A stretch of 64,000 nucleotides of DNA from an uncultured Chloroflexia bacterium. GTDB lineage: Bacteria > Chloroflexota > Dehalococcoidia > SM23-28-2 > RBG-16-64-32. The notes beneath the pieces were generated by a model. It was not told where the DNA came from, did not search any database, and saw only the letters and a list, made by a program, of their open reading frames with translations. Below, piece by piece: positions 39,734-49,591 of this stretch. A program made the translations under genes and the position numbers. The stretch lies in contig CAVQVC010000001.1 of NCBI GenBank assembly GCA_963717065.1, forward strand, positions 1,873,001 to 1,937,000, in the 5' to 3' direction. Position 1 is the stretch's first letter, and every line of letters begins with the position of its first letter.

Positions 39734-40986
39734 CGGCGTCCTGGTTCGACACCGCCCGCTTCGGGCTGTTCGTGCACTGGGGGCACTCCAGCCAGCAGAA
39801 GATCGAGCTGTCCTGGCCGCTCGTCGGTGGGGTGATGGCCCTGCCGGAGTGCACGGCGGTGCCCGTCGAGCAATACCACTCGTCGGCGGCTACGTTCGAC
39901 CCGAAGGGCTGGGACGCGCGCGAGCTGGCCGCGCTGGCGAAGCGCTGCGGTATGACGTACACGGTGCTGACGACGAAGCACCACGACGGCTACGCCATGT
40001 TCGACACAAAGACGTCGGACTACGGTGTGATGCGCTCGCCGTACGGACGCGACATCGTGCGCGAGTCCGTGGAGGCGATGCGGGCCGAGGGCATCCGCGT
40101 CGGCCTGTACTTCTCGCTGATCGACTGGCACCACCCGGACTACCCGGCGTTTCGGCAGGAGGACGCGCCTTACAGGCTCCCGCGCGGCGTCCCACTCGAC
40201 CCGGAGCGCTGGCCGCGTTTCGTCGAGGCGATGTTCGAGCAGATGCGGGAGTTGCTGACGAACTACGGACAGATCGACCTCCTCTGGTTCGACGGCGGCT
40301 GGGAGCGCACGCCGGAGGAGTGGCGGGCGCGCGCGTTCCACGAGATGATCCGCGGGCTGCAACCGGACGTCGTGATAAACGACCGGCTTCCCGGGTTCGG
40401 AGACTACAAGACGCCCGAGCAGTTCGTGCCGGCGGCGCCGCCCGAGGGCCCGTGGGAGACCTGCCTGACGATGAACGAGAGCTGGGGCTACAACCCTTCA
40501 GACACGAGGCTCAAGAGCACGCGGCAACTCATCCACACCGTTTGCGAGGTGGCGGGCAAGGGCGGCAATCTCCTCCTCAACGTGAGTCCGATGGGCGATG
40601 GGCGGCTGCCCCCGGAGCAGCTCGAACGCCTGGAGGCGATCGCGGCGTGGATGGCGGCGAACGGAGATAGCATCACGGGCACAACCCCGGGGCTTGAACC
40701 ATGGCAGTGGTACGGGCCCTCGACGCGCCGTGACGGAACTGTCTACCTGCACGCTCTGATGCGGCCATACGAATCGGTGACGGTCCGCGGCGTCTACATC
40801 AAGCGGGTGAAGTCGGTGCGGGCGCTCTCGACGGGCGCTGCGCTGGCATACACAACGCGCTGCTCCATCCCCGACCGGATCCTGAACTCGGACCCGATGG
40901 GCGAGCTAACGATCGAGGTGCCGGAGGCCGCAGTCGACCCCTATGCGACCGTGATTGGGGTGGAATTCGTGGACCGACCGGTGTAG
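39730..40986 (+). CDS. Alpha-L-fucosidase (GH29)
   Basis: ATGA overlap with the add stop. GH29 blocks FGLFVHWG and TKHHDGYAMFDT. 418 aa, intact. Confidence 0.85.
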   Translation: MTASWFDTARFGLFVHWGHSSQQKIELSWPLVGGVMALPECTAVPVEQYHSSAATFDPKGWDARELAALAKRCGMTYTVLTTKHHDGYAMFDTKTSDYGVMRSPYGRDIVRESVEAMRAEGIRVGLYFSLIDWHHPDYPAFRQEDAPYRLPRGVPLDPERWPRFVEAMFEQMRELLTNYGQIDLLWFDGGWERTPEEWRARAFHEMIRGLQPDVVINDRLPGFGDYKTPEQFVPAAPPEGPWETCLTMNESWGYNPSDTRLKSTRQLIHTVCEVAGKGGNLLLNVSPMGDGRLPPEQLERLEAIAAWMAANGDSITGTTPGLEPWQWYGPSTRRDGTVYLHALMRPYESVTVRGVYIKRVKSVRALSTGAALAYTTRCSIPDRILNSDPMGELTIEVPEAAVDPYATVIGVEFVDRPV

Positions 40987-41068
40987 GCAGTATTTCGGAC
41001 GCCACCACGCGGGTCTCACGTGCGGCGGTAGTGACTACGTGCATTGCCCTCCGATGTACGATATTAGG

Positions 41069-41476
41069 ATGTCAACGACCCTTCGGAGTGTCGGCTTCGT
41101 GTTCTGCGGTATTGCCCTCGTGATCAGCGTTTCCGCAGGCGCCTGGGGTTCTGCGTCCGTTGCGGCGATACTGATTACCATTCTCGTTGTCAGCCTAGGC
41201 AGGAACAACGCGCCGAATCTTGAACGAGATGATCGGAAGGCGCACGTCTCGACGCAGGAGATAATCGATCAAATCTTTGGCGTTTCGTTCAAATGGGTGA
41301 TCTTGAGTCTTGCTCTAGCCACCTTCGTGATCGCCCTTTCCGTATGGGAATATGGCGGCATTGACGCTGGGTCGGTGGTGTTAGGAGTTCTGGCAGTAAC
41401 CTATGTGATGCTTGTGGTCGCATATCGGTTATGGCACCGGCTTCGCGCTCAAGGAGAAAGTTCTAGAAACGAATGA
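41069..41476 (+). CDS. Small membrane protein (3-4 TM) on a lower-GC insert
   Basis: 135 aa (alternative ATG at 41054). Hydrophobic helices. Composition visibly lower in GC than the flanks. Confidence 0.5.
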   Translation: MSTTLRSVGFVFCGIALVISVSAGAWGSASVAAILITILVVSLGRNNAPNLERDDRKAHVSTQEIIDQIFGVSFKWVILSLALATFVIALSVWEYGGIDAGSVVLGVLAVTYVMLVVAYRLWHRLRAQGESSRNE

Positions 41477-41525
41477 GCATTCACTGGCAAATTCCCGTTC
41501 TCCTAAGGCTCCCCCGCACCACCGT

Positions 41526-41651
41526 TGCTCGATTCCAGCCGGGATGCTGAACCCGGACAGGGCCGGCGAGCTGACGATCGAGGTGGCGGAGAGCGCAGTC
41601 GACCCGTATGCGACCGTATTCGCGGTGGAGGTCGCGGAACTTTCAGTGTAA
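41526..41651 (+). pseudogene. Remnant 3' end of a second GH29 fucosidase gene
   Basis: Encodes CSIPAGMLNPDRAGELTIEVAESAVDPYATVFAVEVAELSV, parallel to the true C-terminus CSIPDRILNSDPMGELTIEVPEAAVDPYATVIGVEFVDRPV (40860-40986). No upstream catalytic part. Confidence 0.7.
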
Positions 41652-41676
41652 CCAGCTGAGCATCCGGGCACGCTTG

Positions 41677-41705
41677 TTGCTGGCCCGTTATACACGGTGT
41701 AGAAT
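41677..41705 (+). promoter_or_regulatory. Sigma70-type promoter for the histidine kinase operon
   Basis: TTGCTG, 17-nt spacer, TAGAAT, about 70 nt upstream of the ATG at 41774. Confidence 0.45.
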
Positions 41706-41773
41706 CACGGGACTGAAGACGCTTCGGCCGAGGCATCTTACAGCGTTGGCCTGAAGACTGGGGGTGGTGACCC

Positions 41774-43783
41774 ATGGCTGGCCCCGCGAGCGACAGGCGC
41801 GGCGTCCTGATTTGGCTCGCACAGGTTGGTGCTATCGCGGCTCTTTACTACGGCGCGGGCCGGCTTGGCCTATCTCTGGCGCTGCCGCCCGGACACGCGA
41901 CGGCGGTGTGGCCGCCCTCCGGGATCGCATTGGCGGCGCTGCTGCTCCTTGGTTATCGTGTTTGGCCAGGCATTTGGCTTGGAGCGTTTCTCACTAACAT
42001 CCAGGACTTGGTCGGCGATGCGAGCGCTCCCAACGTGGCCGAGTCCTTTGTAGTAGCCACGAGCATCGGGGCCGGTTCAACGCTTCAGGCGCTCGTCGCG
42101 GCGGCGCTCATCAGCCGCTTCACCGAATTTCAGAAGCTGTTCGACCGCGCTGTCGATGTCTTCAGATTCGCCGGCATCGCGGCCGTGTGCTATCCCCTTG
42201 GTGCAATTATCGGCGTGACCAGTCTGTGCCTCGCCGGATTCGTCGCGTGGGATGCTTATCTTGACAACCTACGTACATGGTGGCTCGGCGACCTGGCCGG
42301 CGTCCTGATTGTCGCTCCTTTGATTCTGGTATGGAGCCGGCGCATCCCCTGGACGCGACATGAAGCCGGGGAGACCGCCGGCGTTCTGGTGCTCGCGTGC
42401 AGTGCGAGCGCCGCTGTGTTTTGGGGGCTAGTGCCCGACTCCAGCGACCGCTACACGCTATCCTTCGTGCTGATTCCGTTCGTCGTCTGGGCAGGATTTC
42501 GGCTTGGTCAACACGCTGTCGTGCTGACGACGGCTGCGATATCGGGGATTGCCATTGTGGGAGCGGCCGAAGGGGTGAGCAGTTTCTCGGGGATGACTCA
42601 AAACGCGGCCCTGTTGACGCTTCAGGCGTTCGTGGGGGTCGTTACGATGACAGGGTTGGCGCTCGCCGCTGCAGTCGCGGAGCGAGAGCGGGCGGCAGAG
42701 CATTTTCGCGTGCTCGTGCAGGCCGCGCCGGAGGCGATAGTCATGGTTGACCAGGGCGGGCGGATTACGCAGCTCAATCCCAGAATGGAGAAACTGTTTG
42801 GATATACGCGCCGCCAATTGATCGGCCAGCAGATTGACCGGCTGGTCCCACACCGGTCCCAATCGGACCATCACGGCTACAGGGCAAGCTTCCTTGCTGA
42901 CCCCCAGGTACGTGCCATGGGAACAGGTCGTGACCTTTTTGGACTTCGCAGGGACGGTCGCGAGGTTGCGGTCGAAATCGGCCTGAGCCCGATTACTACT
43001 AACGAGGGCACGTTCGTCATCGCGGTAATCGTTGACATTACTGAACGCAAGCGGCTTGAGGACGAGTCAAGACTGTACGCTGAAGAACTGGCACGCTCGA
43101 ATGCAGACCTGGAACAGTTCGCCTATGTCGCTTCACACGACCTCCAGGAGCCGCTGCGCATGGTCACCAGCTACTGCGACCTGCTGCAGCAGCGGTACAG
43201 GGGCCGGCTAGATAAGGACGCAGATGACTTCATCGGCTTCGCCGTGGAGGGGGCCAACCGCATGCGTGCCCTCGTGCAAGACCTGCTCGCTTACGCCAGA
43301 GTGAGTGGCGATCGCCGGCTAGACGCACCTGTCGACTGTAACGAGGCGCTGGACCGAGCGCTGATTGACCTGCATAGCGCCGTGCAGGACAGCAGCGCCC
43401 ACGTCACCAGTGATCGTCTGCCTATCGTCTCCGCTGACGCCAGGCAGATGGAGCAGCTGTTTCAGAACCTGATCGGCAATGCCATCAAGTTCCGTCGCGA
43501 AGAGCAGCCGGCGATCCAGGTGGGCGCGGACCGGGAGGACGGCGTCTGGCTATTCTCAGTCGCCGACAATGGAATCGGGATCGACCCGAAATATTCCGAT
43601 AAGATATTCGAGATGTTTCAACGCCTACATGGTCGCAGCGAATATTCTGGAACAGGTGTTGGTCTGGCGATTTGTAGAAAGATCGTGGAGCGTCACGGCG
43701 GGCGCATCTGGTTTGACTCGCAGCCCGGCGAGGGGTCGACGTTTTACTTCACACTTCCAGCTAAGAACGGAGACGGCTCGTGA
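41774..43783 (+). CDS. Sensor histidine kinase (MASE1 membrane domain, PAS, HisKA, HATPase_c)
   Basis: 669-aa intact ORF. N-terminal multi-TM MASE1-like region, PAS (VMVDQGGRITQLNPRMEKLFGY), H-box SHDLQEPL, and N/G boxes NAIKF and GTGVGLAIC. Confidence 0.88.
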   Translation: MAGPASDRRGVLIWLAQVGAIAALYYGAGRLGLSLALPPGHATAVWPPSGIALAALLLLGYRVWPGIWLGAFLTNIQDLVGDASAPNVAESFVVATSIGAGSTLQALVAAALISRFTEFQKLFDRAVDVFRFAGIAAVCYPLGAIIGVTSLCLAGFVAWDAYLDNLRTWWLGDLAGVLIVAPLILVWSRRIPWTRHEAGETAGVLVLACSASAAVFWGLVPDSSDRYTLSFVLIPFVVWAGFRLGQHAVVLTTAAISGIAIVGAAEGVSSFSGMTQNAALLTLQAFVGVVTMTGLALAAAVAERERAAEHFRVLVQAAPEAIVMVDQGGRITQLNPRMEKLFGYTRRQLIGQQIDRLVPHRSQSDHHGYRASFLADPQVRAMGTGRDLFGLRRDGREVAVEIGLSPITTNEGTFVIAVIVDITERKRLEDESRLYAEELARSNADLEQFAYVASHDLQEPLRMVTSYCDLLQQRYRGRLDKDADDFIGFAVEGANRMRALVQDLLAYARVSGDRRLDAPVDCNEALDRALIDLHSAVQDSSAHVTSDRLPIVSADARQMEQLFQNLIGNAIKFRREEQPAIQVGADREDGVWLFSVADNGIGIDPKYSDKIFEMFQRLHGRSEYSGTGVGLAICRKIVERHGGRIWFDSQPGEGSTFYFTLPAKNGDGS

Positions 43784-44241
43784 AGAACGGACGCGCCTCC
43801 GGACTGGAGTTCCTCCTGGTGGAGGACAACCCGGGTGACGTGCGGTTGATGAGGGAGGCGCTGAAAGAAGGTGGATTTCCGGGCAACATAAGTGTTGTCG
43901 TGGATGGCGAGGAGGCACTCGCTTTCCTTCGTGGAGAAGGAGAGCACGCCGGTGCGCCGCGTCCTGGCCTCGTATTCCTTGATCTGAACTTGCCAAAAAA
44001 AGACGGCATGAAAGTCCTGGAGGAGATCAAGCTCGACGCCGACCTCCGGACCATCCCGGTAATCGTGCTCACGACGTCGGCCTCCCACGAAGACGTTGAG
44101 CTGGTCTACAGGCTGAATGCAAACAGCTACATCACAAAGCCGGACGGAATCGAGGGCTTCGTGACGATGGTGAGGGCCATCCAGTACTTCTGGTCCGCCG
44201 TTTACTTCTGGTCCCCGGTCGACCGCCGCCGGCGAAGATAA
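43780..44241 (+). CDS. Stand-alone response regulator receiver protein
   Basis: Overlaps the HK stop (GTGA). FLDLNLPKKDG contains the phospho-acceptor Asp. Conserved T (LTTS) and K (YITKP). Confidence 0.85.
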   Translation: MKNGRASGLEFLLVEDNPGDVRLMREALKEGGFPGNISVVVDGEEALAFLRGEGEHAGAPRPGLVFLDLNLPKKDGMKVLEEIKLDADLRTIPVIVLTTSASHEDVELVYRLNANSYITKPDGIEGFVTMVRAIQYFWSAVYFWSPVDRRRRR

Positions 44242-44250
44242 TCGCTACAG

Positions 44251-44631
44251 CTATAAGCACTGGCTGTACGCCTGATCCGGCGCCAGCGCCTCCAGGGCAA
44301 ACGGCGGCGATGTGGCCGAAACGTAAGTCAGCATTTCGTCGCCGGTGTTGTGGATGGCGTGCGGCGTGCCCGGCGGCGCGAAGACGAGCGTTCCCGGCCC
44401 GACCTCCTGCTCCTCCGCTCCGGCCCTCATCAGCCCGCTTCCGCGGACGATCACATAGACCTGTTCCTGCGACTCGTGCGAGTGCTGGCGCTGCTCGCTG
44501 GCCGGCGCGCAGTCCACCCAGGTGACGCTGAGGTGCCGCGAGCCGAACTGACCGCGCGCGAGTAGCAGATAGGAGTCCTGGCCGTCGCCGGGGCGGTTGA
44601 TAGGGGCGGCGGAGATGTGCTGGGTGTGCAT
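44251..44631 (-). CDS. Cupin-domain protein
   Basis: 126 aa from the internal ATG at 44631. Cupin motifs HSHESQEQVYVIVRG and PGTPHAIHN. The upstream part of ORF 44251..44895 looks non-coding. Confidence 0.7.
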   Translation of the reverse strand: MHTQHISAAPINRPGDGQDSYLLLARGQFGSRHLSVTWVDCAPASEQRQHSHESQEQVYVIVRGSGLMRAGAEEQEVGPGTLVFAPPGTPHAIHNTGDEMLTYVSATSPPFALEALAPDQAYSQCL

Positions 44632-44641
44632 CGGTTCGACG

Positions 44642-45043
44642 TTAGGTCCAGAAGGCGTCGACGGCGTAGCGGTCCTCGACCATGAACCAGAACTCGGCGA
44701 TCTTGCCGTCCTCGATGCGGTAGGTGAACGCCTGGAACTGTCCGCCGAGGGTCTTCCCCTCCCGCTCAGCGTGGACGCGGACGAGGGCGATGCCGTAGTT
44801 GTCGCTGCCGAGCACGTCCAGCAGTTCCGTGCGCACCGTACCGCCCGAAAGCTCTCGCGCTCTCGCCCAGAAGCCCGCGACCTCCGCCTTCCCATGGTAG
44901 TCGCGGGATATCAGGTTCTTGCCCGGCACATGCCAGACGATGTCGTCGGCGAGCAAGTCCATCAGGACGGACGGGTCGCCGCGCTGCTGCGCTTCGTGAA
45001 AGCGGCGGACAAGTTCAGCGTTTGGATTCATGGCGCTCGCCAT
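44642..45043 (-). CDS. SnoaL/NTF2-like small protein
   Basis: 133 aa from the ATG at 45043, with an NTF2-like pattern (VRRFHEAQQRGD...DDIVWHVPG). The remainder of the 483-aa ORF is antisense to the patatin gene. Confidence 0.6.
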   Translation of the reverse strand: MASAMNPNAELVRRFHEAQQRGDPSVLMDLLADDIVWHVPGKNLISRDYHGKAEVAGFWARARELSGGTVRTELLDVLGSDNYGIALVRVHAEREGKTLGGQFQAFTYRIEDGKIAEFWFMVEDRYAVDAFWT

Positions 45044-45118
45044 TATAGCTGACTGCCGTTTGCCGCCCGCTGACTGCTCCGATTTATGGTATCGTCGGGG
45101 CAACCAAAGGAGGATTCG

Positions 45119-45991
45119 ATGGCGAAGAACGCACTGGTTTTGGGCGGCGGCGGAGCGCTGGGCGTGGCCTGGGAGACCGGCCTGTTGACAGGGCTGCGCG
45201 ACGCCGGTGTTGACCCCGGCGCGGCCGACCTCGTGGTCGGAACGTCGGCGGGGTCGATTGTGGGCACATACGTGACGGCGGGGAAGCTGGACGAGGGCCG
45301 CGCTATCCAGTCGCAAGCGGGGGACCCGGTGATTACCGAGATGATCGCCGACGCGGACGTCCCGAACCTGTTGCAGGTGTTCGCGCGCTGGGCGGCACTG
45401 CCTGAACTGACGCAAGAATCGATGGCCGAGATCGGCCAGATGGCGCTCTCTTCGAAAACGACGACCGAGGACAACTGGACTTCGTACTTCCGCGACATGG
45501 TGCCCGTCGATGAGTGGCCGGAGACTCCACTGAAACTGACGGCGGTCGAAGCGGCGACCGGCGGCTTCCAGGTGTGGGACCGCGATTCCGCCGTGCCGCT
45601 TCACGTGGCGGCGGCTTCGAGCTGCTCGGTCCCGGGCCTGTTCCCGCCGGTGACGATCAACGGCAAACGATACACGGACGGCGGCGTGCGCTCGGGCACG
45701 AGCGCGGACCTGGCGACGGGCTACGATTCGGTGCTGATCATCGCGCCGATCGGCGGCGGCAAGGATGGGATCGACCCGCTGCTGGGCCGGACCGCGCGCG
45801 CCGAGGTGGACGCGCTGCTCGCGGCGGGCAGCCGCGTTGAGCTGGTGTTCCCGGACGAGGGCTCGGTGGAGGCGATCGGTGTCAACCGGATGGACTCCTC
45901 GCGCCGCCCGCAGAGCATCGAGGCGGGGATGCGCCAGGGAAAGGCGCTCGCGGCAACGGTTTCCGGCCTCTGGGTCGGCGTTACCGCTTAG
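45119..45991 (+). CDS. Patatin-like phospholipase
   Basis: GGGxxG oxyanion motif (LGGGGALG), GTSAG nucleophile elbow, and catalytic Asp in DGG (YTDGGV). SD AAGGAGGA. Confidence 0.85.
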   Translation: MAKNALVLGGGGALGVAWETGLLTGLRDAGVDPGAADLVVGTSAGSIVGTYVTAGKLDEGRAIQSQAGDPVITEMIADADVPNLLQVFARWAALPELTQESMAEIGQMALSSKTTTEDNWTSYFRDMVPVDEWPETPLKLTAVEAATGGFQVWDRDSAVPLHVAAASSCSVPGLFPPVTINGKRYTDGGVRSGTSADLATGYDSVLIIAPIGGGKDGIDPLLGRTARAEVDALLAAGSRVELVFPDEGSVEAIGVNRMDSSRRPQSIEAGMRQGKALAATVSGLWVGVTA

Positions 45992-46018
45992 TCCCGGGTC
46001 CACCACAGCACCCCTGTC

Positions 46019-46546
46019 ATGCTGTACCGCCGGGCAACGGCCGAGGACGTCGAGGCCATAGCGGCGCTGCACGCCGATAGCTGGCGTCGCCATTACCGCG
46101 GCGCGTACTCGGACGAGTTCCTCGACGGGCCCGTATTAGCTGACCGGCTGGCCGTCTGGAGCGAACGGCTTTCGCGGCCGGATGAGACTGCCTGCACGAT
46201 CGTCGCAGAGTTAGACGGCGTCATCGTGGGCCTCGCGCACACGATCTTCGACGAGGAGCCTGAATACGGTGCGCTGCTGGACAACCTGCACGTGAGGCAC
46301 GACCTGCAGCGTGGTGGAGTCGGCCGGCGGCTGATGTCCGAGACTGCGCGGGCGCTGATAGAGCGCCGGCCGGGCTCGGGGCTGCACCTGTGGGTGCTGG
46401 AGCAGAATACGGCTGCCCAGGCCTTCTACGAGGCGCAGGGCGGCAGGGAAGCCGGTCGGAAGGTCAGCGACGCGCCGGGCGGGGGTGAGATCGCAGCGTT
46501 TCGTTACACCTGGGCCGATCCGGCTGTGTTGCTGGCGGTTGGCTGA
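46019..46546 (+). CDS. GNAT family N-acetyltransferase
   Basis: 175 aa. Acetyl-CoA binding motif QRGGVGRRLM. Confidence 0.8.
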   Translation: MLYRRATAEDVEAIAALHADSWRRHYRGAYSDEFLDGPVLADRLAVWSERLSRPDETACTIVAELDGVIVGLAHTIFDEEPEYGALLDNLHVRHDLQRGGVGRRLMSETARALIERRPGSGLHLWVLEQNTAAQAFYEAQGGREAGRKVSDAPGGGEIAAFRYTWADPAVLLAVG

Positions 46547-46607
46547 CCGCGTCTGTATAGACGAATCCGGCGCGAGAGCATACTCTTGGTCGTGAAGGAG
46601 AAAGACC

Positions 46608-48485
46608 ATGGCTATCGAGACTGATCCGAGGGAGAAACGGGGGGCTGCCGAGAAGCCGCGGGCTGCCTACCAGCCCGAGAGAGTGGACGACCTCCCCTTC
46701 AATACTCCCGAGAAGACCGGACGCTACGCAACGGAGCGCTTCTACGGCGCGACCGGTCTCAACTGGTACGACTGCGACCCGACGCTGCAGCGCGCGATGC
46801 GCTACTACCTCACGCCGGCCGAACTGAAGTGGGCGGAGCCGCACCTGGTCAGCCTGGGAGCGCTGATGGGCGGGCCGATCGCGGAGCGGGCGAGATGACC
46901 GACAAGAACCCGCCGCGGCTCGTGAAGTACGACCGTTGGGGCCACGACGTCAGCGAGGTGCATGCTCCCCGAATCGGCCATGCAGACGAAGAACGACCTC
47001 GTCAGAACACGGCTTCATCGGCGCCGACGTTCCGGCGGGAAGCCGAGGCGCAGGCGTGCAGCACAGGGCCGCTGACGATGGCCTCCGGTTACCTGCTGAA
47101 CCAGGCGGAGATCGGCATGTCCTGCGCGATGGGCGCCGACGCCGGCATGGTCCAGGCGCATGACCGAGCGGTTCGCGCCGCCGGACGTGCGCGAGTGCGC
47201 TGCTCCCGAAGCTCGAGTCCGGCGAGTGGGTAGGGCTGACCGGGCAGTTCTTCACCGAGCGCACCGGCGGCTCCGACCTCGGCGCGCTGGAGACGACCGC
47301 GACGCCGCGACGCGACGATGCCTGGACGCTCAACGGCTTCAAGTGGTTCGCCTCCAACGTCGACGGCGAGGCGTTCGTCGTCCTGGCCAAGCCCGAGGGC
47401 GCGCCCGACGACGTCAAGGGCATCACCGCCTTCCTCGTCCTCAAGCAGCGCCGCGACGGCACTCGCAACGGCATCCGCATCCGCCAGCTCAAGGACAAGC
47501 TCGGCACCAACGCCGTCGCCTTCCGGCGAGGTCGAGTTCGTGGACGCCGAGGCGTTCATGCTGGCGCCGCCTCCGCGCGAGGGCGAGGGCGACGGCGGCC
47601 CCAGCGACGGCCGCAGGATGGCGCGCCTGATGGCGATGACCAACGGCGCACGCCTCGGCGTCGCGATGATGGGCCTCGGCTGCGCTCGGCGCGCGCTCGT
47701 CGAGTCGCTCTGCTACACGCGGGCCCGCAGCGCCTGGAAGAAGCGCCTGATCGACCACCCGCTGATGAAGCGCAAGCTCGCCGAGATGATCGTCGACGTC
47801 GAGGCCGTGCAGGCGATGCTCTTCGAAGGCTACGGCTACCCCAACCACCAGCGCCGAGCACGCCGACGAGACCGCCGCGCATCGTGCCGCCGCTGGCCAA
47901 GCTGAAGGCGCGCTCGACTCGGCATCACGATGGCCAGCGACGCGATCGAGATCCACGGCGGCAACGGCTACATCGAGACGTGGCCGGTCGCCCGCATCCT
48001 CCGCGACGCGCAGATCAACACGCTCTGGGAAGGGCCCGGACAACATCCTCTGCCTCGACGTCCGCCGCGCCATCGAGCGCGAGAACGCCGACGAGCCGTT
48101 CCTCGCGCGCCTGCGCGAGGCGCTGTCGACAACGCCGGCGAGGCCATGCCGGCGGCGCGCATCGTGCCGCGACCGGATCGAGAAGACCTGGCCGCGGCGA
48201 TCGAGGCCTGGAAGCAGCTCGACGGCGAGACGCCGAGGCGCGCCTCTTCCCGCTCGCGCAGTTCATGGCCGAGACGTTCGCCGCCGCGCATCCTCTGCGA
48301 GCGCGCGGAGTGGGAGCTGCGCGAGTTCGGCGACGACCGCAAGTGCGTGGTCGCCATCGCTGTACACCGAGCGCTACCTGGGCGAGCCCGACCGGCTGCG
48401 CGGGATCGACGCACCGTCGAACCTGGCGATCGAGCGCTTCGACGACCTCGTCGCCGGCGCGCTGATCGACGACCGGCCGCGCTGA
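46608..48485 (+). pseudogene. AidB-like acyl-CoA dehydrogenase, at least 5 frameshifts
   Basis: N-terminus YATERFYGATGLNWYDCDPTLQRA. ACAD-like blocks recur in shifting frames (LVKYDRWGH, FFTERTGGSDLGALETTA, GFKWFASNVDGE, IEIHGGNGYIETWPVARILRDAQINTLWEG). Confidence 0.7.
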
Positions 48486-48489
48486 GCCT

Positions 48490-49551
48490 GTGGCGACGGA
48501 GACGCAGTCCGCCCGCCAGGTCGCCGCGCGGATGACCGAAGCGGCGCTGACGTTCCTCGACGGCCTCGACGAGGCTCAGCGCGCGAAAGCCTCGTTCGCG
48601 CTCGACAACACGAACGAACGCACAGACTGGGCGTACTTCCCGCGCCAGCACAAAGGCCTGCCCCTGCTGGAGATGACGCCTAAGCAGCAGAAGAACGCGC
48701 ACGCGCTCGTCGCCGGCGCGCTGAGCCTGCCCGCGTACGCACGCGCTTGCTCGATCATGGCGCTGGAGAGCGTCCTCAACTTGATCGAGGAGCGCCGGAT
48801 TGACGCGGCGCGCGACCCCGGGCGCTACTTCGTGAGCACCTTTGGCTCTCCGAACGATCCCGCCTGGGGCTGGCGACTCGAGGGCCACCACGTCAATCTC
48901 AATTACACGGTCGCGGGCGGCGAGATCGTCTCTGCGACGCCGCTATTCCTCGGCGCGAACCCCTCTGAGGTCGAGCACGGCGACACGGCGGTGTTTCGGC
49001 CCTGCGGGGAGGAAGAGGACATCGGCCGCGAGCTGCTGCTGTCGCTGGATCCGGGCAGGCGCGAGCAAGCGATGATCTGCGAGGTGGCGCCACCGGACTT
49101 CGTGATGATGAACGCTCCGCTGGTGCCCGACGACTACCTGCCACCCGACGGCTTCGGAGCGATGAACCCGCGGCCAAACCCGATGACAGACGACGAGAAG
49201 CAGGCCGTGCGCTTCGAGCGTGCCGTTCCCAAAGGGCTGTCGGCGGTGGCGATGACGCCCGCCCAGCGCACCACTCTAGATGAGCTCGTCGATCTGTACG
49301 TCGAGCGCCTGCCCGAGCCGCTCGCGGAGGTCGAGCGCGGACGCATCGATACAGACGAGGTGTACTTCGCCTGGGCGGGAGGCTCAGAGCGGCGACAGGG
49401 GCATTACTACCGGCTGCAGGGGCCGTCGTTCCTGGTCGAGTACGACAACACACAGGACGGGGCGAACCACATTCACGCGGTCTGGCGGGACATGGCGCGG
49501 GACTTCGGGTTGGACGCGCTGCGGACCCACGCTGCGAGCGCCCACGGATAG
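48490..49551 (+). CDS. DUF3500 domain protein
   Basis: 353-aa intact ORF with GTG start. Blocks WRLEGHHVNLNY and HYYRLQGPSFLVEYDNTQDGANHIH are typical of DUF3500 (from memory). Confidence 0.65.
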   Translation: MATETQSARQVAARMTEAALTFLDGLDEAQRAKASFALDNTNERTDWAYFPRQHKGLPLLEMTPKQQKNAHALVAGALSLPAYARACSIMALESVLNLIEERRIDAARDPGRYFVSTFGSPNDPAWGWRLEGHHVNLNYTVAGGEIVSATPLFLGANPSEVEHGDTAVFRPCGEEEDIGRELLLSLDPGRREQAMICEVAPPDFVMMNAPLVPDDYLPPDGFGAMNPRPNPMTDDEKQAVRFERAVPKGLSAVAMTPAQRTTLDELVDLYVERLPEPLAEVERGRIDTDEVYFAWAGGSERRQGHYYRLQGPSFLVEYDNTQDGANHIHAVWRDMARDFGLDALRTHAASAHG

Positions 49552-49591
49552 GCCAACAGAAGGTATAGAGGGATAGGGAAGGCCGCAGAAG

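Noticed and set aside
38318-40362. Long minus-strand ORFs (38318..39379, 353 aa; 39064..40362, 432 aa)
   Set aside because: They are antisense to the well-supported LLM oxidoreductase, adenosine deaminase and fucosidase genes. Low-complexity R/P/A-rich translations with no domains.
45044-46093. Upstream 350 codons of the 483-aa minus-strand ORF 44642..46093
   Set aside because: Only the last 133 codons (SnoaL-like, starting at ATG 45043) look like protein. The rest is antisense to the patatin and GNAT genes and is Arg-rich.
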